Below, in pieces: positions 10,037-18,220 of a DNA stretch of 60,363 nt. Under the pieces are notes generated by a model that saw nothing but the letters and a program-made list of their open reading frames with translations, searched no databases and had not been told where the DNA came from. Numbering within the stretch: the first letter of the stretch is position 1; the number at the start of each line of letters is the position of its first letter. This stretch comes from an uncultured Candidatus Saccharibacteria bacterium (GTDB lineage Bacteria > Patescibacteriota > Minisyncoccia > 2-02-FULL-40-12 > GWA2-44-9). The position numbers were made by a program, and so were the translations under genes. The stretch covers positions 10,286-70,648 of the forward strand of contig CAYHIK010000006.1 in NCBI GenBank assembly GCA_964356795.1, read 5' to 3'.

Positions 10037-10319
10037 CGCGGGGTGGAGCAGCGGTAGCTCGTCAGGCTCATAAGAAATTGTGACTTTACACAGAAATGTG
10101 TATCGAAAACACTCGAAACTGCGGGAAACCCCACCGGTTCATCCGAGGGCAATCCGCAACCAAGCCCCTCCTCCTCTCAAGGATTTGGGGAAGGCTCAGA
10201 GACTATAATGGGTGCATCCTCGCTCGCAAGAGACGGATGATGGGATAGTCCGACACTCCGAGGAATCGGATCAAAGCGAAATAAGGAGATGGTCGGGGGT
10301 TCGAATCCCTCCCCCGCAA
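10037..10319 (+). tRNA. Initiator-type tRNA(CAU) interrupted by a group I intron (possibly a pseudogene)
   Basis: 5' half CGCGGGG-UG-GAGC-AGCGGUA-GCUC-G-UCAGG-CUCAU (10037-10071). 3' end UGGUC-GGGGG-UUCGAAU-CCCUC-CCCCGCA-A (10290-10319). C1:A72 mismatch as in initiators. About 210 nt intervene after the anticodon. The expected CCUGA 3' anticodon-stem strand was not found. Confidence 0.6.
10072..10282 (+). ncRNA. Group I intron (3' boundary uncertain)
   Basis: P1 UCAU(10068-71)/GUGA(10080-83) with U:G at the splice site. P2 UACACA-GAAA-UGUGUA (10087-10102). AAACUGCGGGAAAC (10116-29) pairs with CCGCA (10154-58). CAGAGACUAUAAUGG (10197-10211). UCCGA-GGAA-UCGGA hairpin (10257-70). These resemble Azoarcus/Tetrahymena core segments recalled from memory. 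Confidence 0.65.
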
Positions 10320-10331
10320 CAAGTAAATCAA

Positions 10332-10355
10332 GGCGCCCCTTTACGGGGCGTTTTG
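10332..10355 (+). terminator. Intrinsic terminator
   Basis: GCGCCCC-UUUAC-GGGGCG followed by UUUU. Confidence 0.7.
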
Positions 10356-10359
10356 GTTT

Positions 10360-10567
10360 ACTTTGTTCGGGTCAGGATTCGAAGGGTATCCGGAAAATCT
10401 GAACTGCTTCAGGTTTTCCGGAACCCCGGCTCTGGAGGAGTGGTGAGGCCTGCGCCATAGGCGCCTGCCGAGCCGCGGAGGAAGAGGAATCCCTCTACAA
10501 TGCTTGAGGCCGAATCCCTCACCCGCGCCACGGTTGACAGTGCACCAGAAACAGAGCACTGTTTTTT
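10360..10567 (+). ncRNA. Structured leader or small RNA of unknown class
   Basis: 14-bp hairpin 10390-10421. Nested stems CGGCUC/GAGCCG and GCGCC/GGCGC. Twin GAGG..CCUC hairpins. Terminator CAGUGC..GCACUG plus U6 (10538-10567). The next ORF starts 33 nt downstream. Confidence 0.35.
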
Positions 10568-10599
10568 GGTTGCTTAACAACCCAACTAAAGGAGTCACG

Positions 10600-10947
10600 A
10601 TGCCGAAACGATCACTTGCTTCGGTCAATTACGCCCAGAATGTTATTCCTCCCGATTACAAGTGTGACGGTTGCGGAGCTACAGAGGTCAAGCTGTGGCG
10701 AGAATATCAAACATTTGCGGACCATACGAAGCTACTCTGTGTTGACTGCGCTGGCAAAGATCAGAAAAAAGATACGAGCAACGTTGACGACAAAGGATTT
10801 CGGACGGATCAGCGGTTCGGTTATAAAACAGACCAGATTGGCTGGTATATGCCCGCCGTCCCCATTGAGGGAGATGACACCTACTGGGGCTACGCATCAG
10901 TCCCTCAGGAGGGCATCGCTTGGTGGCGAAATCTACCAACCAGATAG
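10600..10947 (+). CDS. Small zinc-ribbon protein (hypothetical)
   Basis: AAGGAG 7 nt upstream of ATG 10600. CDGCG..CVDC. Confidence 0.6.
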   Translation: MPKRSLASVNYAQNVIPPDYKCDGCGATEVKLWREYQTFADHTKLLCVDCAGKDQKKDTSNVDDKGFRTDQRFGYKTDQIGWYMPAVPIEGDDTYWGYASVPQEGIAWWRNLPTR

Positions 10948-11032
10948 GCCGTCATCAAACTCCCACACCAGCTACACCGTATCTGTATCTTCAGGCGGCA
11001 CCTATGCCAAAAAATAGGAGCAAGGAAACCGT

Positions 11033-11293
11033 ATGATTACGTCTGTCGCACAGGGAGTCAAGAACTACAGAGCCGAACTCCGCGCATACGCTCGGTGGGT
11101 AAATAAGAAGAAAAAGGAGTACGGAAACGAGAACCCCCTGTCTGGCTGGGGTGGTAGCGACTGGAGAAGGATCAACGGCTGGAACGACGAACTCCGAGCC
11201 ATGGAAAAGGTCCTCGGGCTCACCGCACAAGAAGCCAAGAGCATCGAAGTCGAGTGCCGGGTTGCGCAGAAGAAACCCAAGTCGTCGTCCTAG
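11033..11293 (+). CDS. Hypothetical small basic protein
   Basis: AGGAGCAAGG upstream of the ATG; a terminator follows. Confidence 0.5.
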   Translation: MITSVAQGVKNYRAELRAYARWVNKKKKEYGNENPLSGWGGSDWRRINGWNDELRAMEKVLGLTAQEAKSIEVECRVAQKKPKSSS

Positions 11294-11305
11294 CCACGAG
11301 AGCCC

Positions 11306-11333
11306 GCCCATCCCTAGGGTGGGCCCTTTCTTA
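11306..11333. terminator. Bidirectional intrinsic terminator
   Basis: GCCCAUCC-CUA-GGGUGGGC hairpin between convergent genes. Confidence 0.6.
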
Positions 11334-12143
11334 TTAACCGTTCACGTGACGGGGGTATTTTTCGACTTCTTCCTTCAGCTCTTGATTGCTCGGACGCTTC
11401 TTTACCAGTCTCCGCCAACCGTAATCTCCGGCTGGATCCCATGGACAAATTGAGCGCATAGCGACTAAGTGTGGCTGCTCTACTCTCCCTGTGTCGGGGT
11501 CGCGTCTCGTGTACCAAATAATCTGACAATTTCTAATCCTATCAACGGGGTCGTCAGACTTGTTCAGGCGGATAAAATCATCATGTCCCATATGTTCCAG
11601 CTCCAGCTGGAGTGCGCGCATCACGTGCCCATGACAAACGGCGATAACGCGACGATCAGATGCTTCGCGAGCAATATGCTCCAAGAAATCCGCCTTCAGC
11701 CTCAAGCAGAGCGCGGGAATAGACTCTCCACCACCAGCAGGATACGAAAGAAATGGGTCTTGCTCATATTGCCGCTGTTCGCGCTCAAAGAGTGATTTCT
11801 TCTCATCATCGGGAAGATTATCAAGTAGTCCGTGGTCACGCTCGCGCAATTGATATTCGACTCGCCACTCTGCCTGAGGAAGATTCAATAGCGCCGCTGT
11901 TTCCTTGGCTCGGATGTAATCTGAAACATAGAATCTATCGAGTGGCGTGGGTATATTCTTCCGCAACCATTCGCCAGCTGATGTTGCTTGTTCGATACCC
12001 TTATCAGTCAATCGAAATGATCTACTGTGTTTTTCGCGGAATTCAGGAGTAAAGAATCGATTATCTCCCTTCCGACTGAATTTGTTGGCAACATTTCCCT
12101 CCGACTCTCCATGACGTACGAGGATAATATCGACAGGTAGCAT
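11334..12143 (-). CDS. Histidine phosphatase (phosphoglycerate mutase-like) family protein
   Basis: ILVRHGESEGN (RHG motif) and CHGHVMRAL. ATG 12143; the track start 12170 is a TTG. Confidence 0.75.
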   Translation of the reverse strand: MLPVDIILVRHGESEGNVANKFSRKGDNRFFTPEFREKHSRSFRLTDKGIEQATSAGEWLRKNIPTPLDRFYVSDYIRAKETAALLNLPQAEWRVEYQLRERDHGLLDNLPDDEKKSLFEREQRQYEQDPFLSYPAGGGESIPALCLRLKADFLEHIAREASDRRVIAVCHGHVMRALQLELEHMGHDDFIRLNKSDDPVDRIRNCQIIWYTRRDPDTGRVEQPHLVAMRSICPWDPAGDYGWRRLVKKRPSNQELKEEVEKYPRHVNG

Positions 12144-12266
12144 GTTTTGATATTCGAATAAATTGCGCAATCTGTCAAAAACCCCGCCGAGACTCCCCTT
12201 AGGCCATTACGAAGTATTTGACGTTAAAGAATATTTGTGTTATATTGAAATAGAAGGAGGCATGAC

Positions 12267-12659
12267 ATGGACACGCTGTGGTTTTCGGTGGCTCTCGGAC
12301 TACTGGCATTCGCCCTCGGGGCGTGGTGGCAGCACAATCGGCTGAGCCGCTCCCTCACCAGCCTGAAGTGGTACCGGGCAAGCCACCTGCGTAAACAAGG
12401 GTGGTCCCTGGGATTCGGACAGTATGAGCTCCAATCTCTGGACGGCGGGAAGAACTGGTTCTCCGTCATCAGCGTCGGTGGCGGCGGGATCCAAGCAACG
12501 GGGCCAGCGGACCTGAAGCTCTTGGACCACTTGGCGGCATGGGATGCGCTGACCGCTCGGGTTGTCCGAGGTGGTCCCCTGAACCTATCACACGCAGACG
12601 ACCGAAAACTCCTGGAGCGCGCTGGACTCCAGGCGGTCTCCCGCGAGTGCACGTCGTAG
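12267..12659 (+). CDS. Hypothetical membrane-anchored protein
   Basis: GGAGG upstream of the ATG, N-terminal TM helix, terminator follows. Confidence 0.55.
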   Translation: MDTLWFSVALGLLAFALGAWWQHNRLSRSLTSLKWYRASHLRKQGWSLGFGQYELQSLDGGKNWFSVISVGGGGIQATGPADLKLLDHLAAWDALTARVVRGGPLNLSHADDRKLLERAGLQAVSRECTS

Positions 12660-12752
12660 CAACACAAGTCTCACGCCCCACCATCGGTGGGGCGTTTCTT
12701 ATTTGACTAATCACCATTTTTCGTGGTATTATATATCTCAGGAGGTGTCCCA

Positions 12753-12971
12753 ATGTCGAAGCCCAAAGAATCGCTTGCCGGCAAGGCCTCGTGCGGATGC
12801 GTCTACCACGCCAAAGACGGGATTCCGTGCGAGCACGATCTCGGCTACGCCGCTGGTCGCGCCGGAACGCCACTCCCCGACGGCGCGAGTGACGAGTTCC
12901 GCGTCGGCTGGGTACAGGGCGACTCGGCCGCCGATGCATCCAGCAACAGCCATCAATTGTGGGGCAGCTAG
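12753..12971 (+). CDS. Hypothetical small protein
   Basis: CAGGAGG 7 nt upstream of ATG 12753. Confidence 0.5.
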   Translation: MSKPKESLAGKASCGCVYHAKDGIPCEHDLGYAAGRAGTPLPDGASDEFRVGWVQGDSAADASSNSHQLWGS

Positions 12972-12980
12972 GAGGTTTCA

Positions 12981-13370
12981 ATGCAGAACTTAGCAGGAGA
13001 CGAAAACTGCGACGAGTTCATCGCCCGGGAATTGAGCCGGTCGCGGATAAATGCCGTTCAGGGCAAGCGAAGTTGCAGAGAAGTCCCCGCCTCGATTACC
13101 GGCAAGCTAGGCCCATTCACATTCACTCGAGCCTGGTATTACTGGATGGTCAGTGGACCAACTCCCCTGGCAGTCGCCAAGGAACTCTACGCAGATCCGG
13201 TTGGCCGCGCCGATGTGCGAGTAGAGGGACACTGCGGATGTCCCGCCCCCGAAAAGCCATGGACAATCCGGAAGGATGGAGAGGAATTCGTGATGTCCTA
13301 TCACATCGACACCGAAGTGGGCTTGCGACTCTTCACGGACACCATCCGCAAGCACGGCCTCGACAAGTAG
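12981..13370 (+). CDS. Hypothetical protein
   Basis: TAGGAGG upstream; strong terminator 13373-13407. Confidence 0.55.
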   Translation: MQNLAGDENCDEFIARELSRSRINAVQGKRSCREVPASITGKLGPFTFTRAWYYWMVSGPTPLAVAKELYADPVGRADVRVEGHCGCPAPEKPWTIRKDGEEFVMSYHIDTEVGLRLFTDTIRKHGLDK

Positions 13371-13448
13371 CCAGCCCCCCCGCTTCGGCGGGGGGGGCTT
13401 TTCTTTTAAATAACTTGTAAATGTTGTACTGTGATTTCGGAGGTTGTT

Positions 13449-13721
13449 ATGGCAGAACTGCACGTGACCATCAAAGAAGTGAGGCCCCCCGTCGCCGGAC
13501 TCACCCTTGCTGGAGCCCGGTCCCAGGCAAACGCTGAAATCGCAGAATTCATCGAGCGCTTCACTCAGCGATTCCCCGACATCGAGGTCATGCGCATTGC
13601 GTGGATTAATCGGACATTTACGATTCGCGTCCCTCAAATCGAGCAAGAATCGCTCATTCGAGAAATTTCCAGCGCCTTCGCATGTGAAGTCAGCCCCGGG
13701 AGCCCGCTGAGGGCAGAGTAG
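13449..13721 (+). CDS. Hypothetical small protein
   Basis: CGGAGG upstream of ATG 13449; terminator 13731-13768. Confidence 0.5.
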   Translation: MAELHVTIKEVRPPVAGLTLAGARSQANAEIAEFIERFTQRFPDIEVMRIAWINRTFTIRVPQIEQESLIREISSAFACEVSPGSPLRAE

Positions 13722-13768
13722 GGGTCATCAGGCCGCATCCATGCAGGGAGCGGCCTTTTCTTTTTTTA

Positions 13769-13797
13769 TTGACAAAATAAAGTTTTGATAGTATAAA
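13769..13797 (+). promoter_or_regulatory. Sigma70-like promoter
   Basis: TTGACA, 17 nt, TATAAA. Confidence 0.55.
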
Positions 13798-13826
13798 ATA
13801 CTCAGTCCTCATACAAGGGAGACCTC

Positions 13827-14057
13827 ATGGAGCGCACTGCGCGGTGGAAGCTCGAGGGATACGATACATTCGAGGGAGAGTACTACCCCCTCCCCGGAAC
13901 GTTCCGCACCGAATCGGCAGCGCAGGATGCGGCACGAAAGCGCCTGGCCGAACTGGAGAAAACCCAGCCATCAGCAAGCTCTGGCGGGGCGTGTGGAATC
14001 CAGGACCGGGTGTTCATCATCCGGCCCGACAGAAGCCACTACCGCTTCGTGGGTTAG
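13827..14057 (+). CDS. Hypothetical small protein
   Basis: Own promoter, GGGAGA RBS and terminator. Confidence 0.55.
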   Translation: MERTARWKLEGYDTFEGEYYPLPGTFRTESAAQDAARKRLAELEKTQPSASSGGACGIQDRVFIIRPDRSHYRFVG

Positions 14058-14070
14058 GCAGTCTCCGCAC

Positions 14071-14098
14071 AGTCCCCCGCTTAGCGGGGGACTTTTCT
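14071..14098. terminator. Bidirectional intrinsic terminator
   Basis: AGUCCCCCGC-UUA-GCGGGGGACU followed by UUUU. Confidence 0.7.
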
Positions 14099-15570
14099 TA
14101 CCGCTTAAATGATTCTTCCTGCGCGGCGCGGGAGAGTGGGATGAGGTAGCGTTCAGGATGTGGATTTATCTTGGCGCGTGCATCTTCGAGCGTCGCAAAG
14201 CCCGCATAACTCACCATACTCTGCAGTCCTTCGCGGATGCGCACAAGAATATCTTTCACGCTTCCCACGTACGGCACGCGCTGGCTCTGCCCTTCTACAT
14301 TCTTTACGCCTGCACCGGTTTTGCCCGCCATCTTTGCCTCGGGCGAGGTCATGCCACGGTACATTTTGTATTTCATGCCCGTCGATGGATCCGACACCAA
14401 CTCGCCCGGCGCCTCGTCGGTGCCCGCGAGCATACTGCCGAGCATCACACTGGATCCACCCGTGAGCAGCGCAAGCCCCACGTGCCCTGGCACTTTGCAC
14501 CCAGCATCTGCAATGAATGGAATCTTTTTGGGTGCAAGCGCGTGCCACACGGAGCGAATCGCTTGAATCTGTGGAGTGCCCACGCCAGCCTCAAGGCGTG
14601 TACGGCATCCAAATCCCGCGCCAATTCCCACCTTCACGCCATCAACGCCTAGCTGCGCAAGGAATCTGCCCGCATCATATGATGCAACATTTCCCGCGAT
14701 GAGCTCGCTCTCACCGAAACGCTTACGAAATCGCTTGATAGCAGCCCCCACCACGACGCTATGCGCGTGCGCGGTATCCATCACAATCACATCAACGCCC
14801 GATTTGATAAGCTCCGCGGAACGCTCCATGAAATCTCCACGAGCGCCGATGGCTGCTCCCACTCGTAGGCGCCCTTTTGCATCTTTGTTTGCCCAGCGAT
14901 GGTGAAGCAGGTTATTAATATCTTTGATAGTAATAAGTCCACGAATGTTGAAATTACGGTCCACGAGCGGGAGCTTGTCTTGATTGCACCGAATCAATTC
15001 CGCGCGAGCTTCGTCGAGTGAGGTGATTTTTTTCTGAGAATACTCGGTATCCGAGAGTCGCTTCATCCAATCGCGCACCAAATCCGTGTCGTTCTCGCAC
15101 AACCTCATCTTTTCACGCGCCGTCAGCTTCCCCACGAGCGCGCCATTCGTGCCAACCACCAACAACGTGCTCACCCGATGCTCCGCCATCACGGCACGAG
15201 CTTCGCGGACCGTCTGATTCTCAAGAATGGTGTAGGGATGCTCGATAATAAAACTCTCGGAACGCTTCACTTTTTGCACCCAGCCGACTTGCTGCTCAAT
15301 CGAAATCGCATCGCTTCGCGGAAGAAAGCCAATACCGCCCTCTTGTGCGAGTGCGATGCACATCTCGGGGCCAGTCACCGAGTCCATGTTTGATGCGATA
15401 ATCGGCAGATTGAGCTCGATATGCCGAGAAAGCCTTGCCTTCAGTACTACATCCCTCCTACTCTCCACGGTGCCCAGCTGTGGCTCCAACAAAAAATCTC
15501 CGAAGGTTCGCCCTTCAAAGATAGGTTCAGTATGAAAATTGCCTAATTTTTTTATATTCGATTTCGCCAT
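14098..15570 (-). CDS. guaB: IMP dehydrogenase (with CBS pair)
   Basis: IASNMDSVTG, catalytic-loop-like GIGAGFGCRTR, GGSSVMLGSMLAGTDEAPG. ATG 15570 avoids overlap with rdgB. Confidence 0.85.
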   Translation of the reverse strand: MAKSNIKKLGNFHTEPIFEGRTFGDFLLEPQLGTVESRRDVVLKARLSRHIELNLPIIASNMDSVTGPEMCIALAQEGGIGFLPRSDAISIEQQVGWVQKVKRSESFIIEHPYTILENQTVREARAVMAEHRVSTLLVVGTNGALVGKLTAREKMRLCENDTDLVRDWMKRLSDTEYSQKKITSLDEARAELIRCNQDKLPLVDRNFNIRGLITIKDINNLLHHRWANKDAKGRLRVGAAIGARGDFMERSAELIKSGVDVIVMDTAHAHSVVVGAAIKRFRKRFGESELIAGNVASYDAGRFLAQLGVDGVKVGIGAGFGCRTRLEAGVGTPQIQAIRSVWHALAPKKIPFIADAGCKVPGHVGLALLTGGSSVMLGSMLAGTDEAPGELVSDPSTGMKYKMYRGMTSPEAKMAGKTGAGVKNVEGQSQRVPYVGSVKDILVRIREGLQSMVSYAGFATLEDARAKINPHPERYLIPLSRAAQEESFKR

Positions 15571-15658
15571 AGAACAAGAACCGCTCAATGGTATACAAAT
15601 ACACGCAATGTTCAAGCGGCAACAAAAATCCCCTCGCCAAAGCGGGGGGACTGGCGTG

Positions 15659-16261
15659 CTACTGCTCGCCTCTGCACTCCAAGAACGCTCGCACCTTCTG
15701 AAACGCTTTCCCACGGTGAGTCAGGGCTCTGAGTTCTTCTGGCGTCATTTGCGCCAGCGTCTTATCGGACCCATACGGAAGGAAAATAGCGCTGTACGGC
15801 AGTTTCGGCGGTGGCGTTCCCTGCGGTTCACAGAGAATCGTACCGTATATCCACCCTTCGAAAGTGTGTGTGAGTCCGGAAGGTTGAGCAACTACAACGA
15901 CCGTTCGAAAGCGTGCGAAGCGGTTCTCATGCCCAGCGAGACGATGCAGTGCGTAGCGCATGATTTCTTCTGTCGTCGCATGCTCGCCCGCCCATCGAGC
16001 CGTCCGCACCCCTGGCTCACCATTGAGTGCGTAGATGAAGAGACCCGTATCCTCGCCCATCACCCACTGTGTCGGAAGCTCTCTACTCACGAACAGCGTT
16101 TTTGCAAGCGCATTCTGCGCAAGCGTCAGCCCGTTTTCGACCGCCTCACCCACAACCCCTGCTTCCGCCATGGTCTGGATGGTCCACGATGAGCCTTGGA
16201 ACATCGCTCGCACCTGCTCTGCCTTGCCCGGATTCCTCGTCGCAAGAATGATGTCCGGCAT
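15659..16261 (-). CDS. rdgB: Non-canonical purine NTP pyrophosphatase (Ham1/RdgB)
   Basis: ILATRNPGKAEQV, EDTGL, GEPGVRTARWAG. Confidence 0.85.
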   Translation of the reverse strand: MPDIILATRNPGKAEQVRAMFQGSSWTIQTMAEAGVVGEAVENGLTLAQNALAKTLFVSRELPTQWVMGEDTGLFIYALNGEPGVRTARWAGEHATTEEIMRYALHRLAGHENRFARFRTVVVVAQPSGLTHTFEGWIYGTILCEPQGTPPPKLPYSAIFLPYGSDKTLAQMTPEELRALTHRGKAFQKVRAFLECRGEQ

Positions 16262-16344
16262 ATACCGTCACCTCCATTTCTTAACATTGACTATACAGTA
16301 TTTTAATGTATAATTCAAGCAATCTTTACTTGCGGAGGTGCACG

Positions 16345-16617
16345 ATGGCGGTACGCACAAAGAAGAAAAAAACTCCCGCACGCGAGTGCTGGTGCCCATG
16401 CAATTGCGGGTGTACGGAGCCCGAGGAGCGGATGGTCGCAGGATTGTGTAGAGACTGCGCGAGGGGCAATCATGAGATTCCCCCAGAAGGAGTGTACCCC
16501 GGAGTCGAGCACCTCCTGCCACTGCACAACTCCATCGTGAGAAAATACAGAGAGCTCCTGCGATTGCGACACGACGCAAACGTCGAGATGCGGCGACACA
16601 CTGAAAAACAGCCATGA
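16345..16617 (+). CDS. Cys-rich small protein (hypothetical)
   Basis: GGAGG upstream of ATG 16345. ECWCPCNCGC..CRDC. Confidence 0.5.
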   Translation: MAVRTKKKKTPARECWCPCNCGCTEPEERMVAGLCRDCARGNHEIPPEGVYPGVEHLLPLHNSIVRKYRELLRLRHDANVEMRRHTEKQP

Positions 16618-16820
16618 GATTCGCACAATTCGCGCACCTCGTCGTCGCCTGGGGCGCATTCTGGTGGGGCACCGTTCTCCTTGCCCCTGAGGTCTACTGG
16701 AACACAGCCGGACGGAAAGAGCGCCCCATCGGAGTTCTCAACGGAGACAATATGGTCCTGGCCCGCTGGATCGTTGGCGCAATCATGTACGCCATGTGGT
16801 GGAGCACCCTCTTCGGATAG
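16614..16820 (+). CDS. Small two-TM membrane protein
   Basis: ATGA start/stop overlap with the upstream ORF. Trp-rich hydrophobic protein. Confidence 0.5.
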   Translation: MRFAQFAHLVVAWGAFWWGTVLLAPEVYWNTAGRKERPIGVLNGDNMVLARWIVGAIMYAMWWSTLFG

Positions 16821-16826
16821 CCCGCC

Positions 16827-16856
16827 AAAAACCCCTGCACGTGCAGGGGTTTTTTA
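16827..16856. terminator. Bidirectional intrinsic terminator
   Basis: A5-CCCCUGCAC/GUGCAGGGG-U6. Confidence 0.75.
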
Positions 16857-16875
16857 CTGCGCAACCACTACGCCC

Positions 16876-17352
16876 CTACTGCTGAATCAAAATCTTGCTC
16901 ACGTTGCGGGCCGCACCACAGTCAACGGCGAGCGTTGCGGGAAGCGTCTTCGAGGAAAGCGTAATAATCTTCCACCCGTATCCAGCGAGTGAGTGCTGGA
17001 CACCTCCAACCGTGATGATGCGTGCATCCCCACTACGATTATCAAACATCACGCTCGTACCGTTTTTGTAGGTATTGTTGACCGGATTGGCTTGGCAATA
17101 CATATCAAATTGAATACGACGGCCCTCGAACTGCACCACTGCATCACCGTAATTAGTGGGAAGCGGCGTTGTTTTCACTGCGGGCTTCGCGACGACCGGC
17201 GATGCGGATGGACTCACAGAAACAGACGCGCTCGGCGACGCCGAGGGTGTTTCCGTCGCCACCTGATCACCTCCGCGACTCCAGACGAGCGCCGCCACTA
17301 CTACGAGCGCTATCATGAAACCGATGAGTGCTCCTGATCGATGAGTGTTCAT
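16876..17352 (-). CDS. Membrane-anchored extracytoplasmic protein (hypothetical)
   Basis: TM anchor followed by an SPSAS low-complexity linker. Confidence 0.55.
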   Translation of the reverse strand: MNTHRSGALIGFMIALVVVAALVWSRGGDQVATETPSASPSASVSVSPSASPVVAKPAVKTTPLPTNYGDAVVQFEGRRIQFDMYCQANPVNNTYKNGTSVMFDNRSGDARIITVGGVQHSLAGYGWKIITLSSKTLPATLAVDCGAARNVSKILIQQ

Positions 17353-17433
17353 ATACCCACAAGTATACACCCGCTCGAATTATCATCACACATCGGTGTG
17401 GATGAATACAGCTCGTGATATACTTATTGAGCG

Positions 17434-18210
17434 ATGGAGACTCGTCATACAACCGCAGCAAATCCCTCCACATACCTCCGCATGTTCGCGCTTGCATTGC
17501 TCGCGTCGTACATTGCAATGCGTGTTCCGTTTGCGGGACAGATGGCACTGGACTTCATCGCGCCACGCGCCGTGAACCTCGGCATCCTCTTTTCTATTAC
17601 CGTCGGATTCCTCATGTACAAGTCACTCAACCGGCGCTCCGACCTCGACCACTACATCGCCCTTGAGCTCAACAAAGTCCGTCGCATCTACCACCTCGCA
17701 CGCCACATCGAGAAGTGCACTCCCGGCGCCGAAGCATGGCTCGCCGCAGTCCGCGGTGGCATTCGCGAATACTTAGGCCTCTTCCGCACATTCACCTTCA
17801 ATGAATACGGCCTCGGCAATCCACTCTTCCGCTCAATCACGTATGCAATCTACGCGTTGCCCTCACAGATAAAGAAATACAACCCCGAACTCTACGCCTC
17901 ACTTCTGGAGGCCACGGGGGAAGCCACTGAAGCTCGCGAGTACATCCGCGCAAAGAAAGACGACCACGTGTCGCTCTTCTCGTGGATTGTCGTAAGTCTC
18001 ATCTCGCTCATCTTTGCAGGTATCATCATCGCGGCTACCCCATTCGACGTCACGCTCCGCGCGGTCGGAGCCCTCGTCATCTTCTGTTTATTCCTCGTCC
18101 TCCAACTCATCTATGAACACGACCGCGCCAATGGCCTTCGAGATCGAGCATGGGCATCGCGCTACACCGCCGATCTCTACTCGCTCGACCACGCAGATAA
18201 AATGAAGTAA
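17434..18210 (+). CDS. Hypothetical integral membrane protein
   Basis: Several TM segments; no recognised motif. Confidence 0.5.
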   Translation: METRHTTAANPSTYLRMFALALLASYIAMRVPFAGQMALDFIAPRAVNLGILFSITVGFLMYKSLNRRSDLDHYIALELNKVRRIYHLARHIEKCTPGAEAWLAAVRGGIREYLGLFRTFTFNEYGLGNPLFRSITYAIYALPSQIKKYNPELYASLLEATGEATEAREYIRAKKDDHVSLFSWIVVSLISLIFAGIIIAATPFDVTLRAVGALVIFCLFLVLQLIYEHDRANGLRDRAWASRYTADLYSLDHADKMK

Positions 18211-18220
18211 CGTACCGACC

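Noticed and set aside
10360-10567. RNase P RNA, SRP RNA or M-box assignment for the structured regions at 10360-10567, 32526-32741 and 49220-49343
   Set aside because: There are superficial resemblances only (GUGCACCAGAAACAGAGCAC, GGUGAGGC, GGUCCGAAGAAAGG, GAAAGUCC). The defining motifs (GAGGAAAGUCCGG, the GGAA tetraloop with AGCA loop) are absent and the lengths are wrong, so they are left unclassified.
12224-13646. Minus-strand ORFs 12224-12667, 12469-12981 and 13107-13646
   Set aside because: They are Arg/Pro-rich shadows in a GC-rich block. They cross the terminators of the plus-strand genes and lack RBSs.
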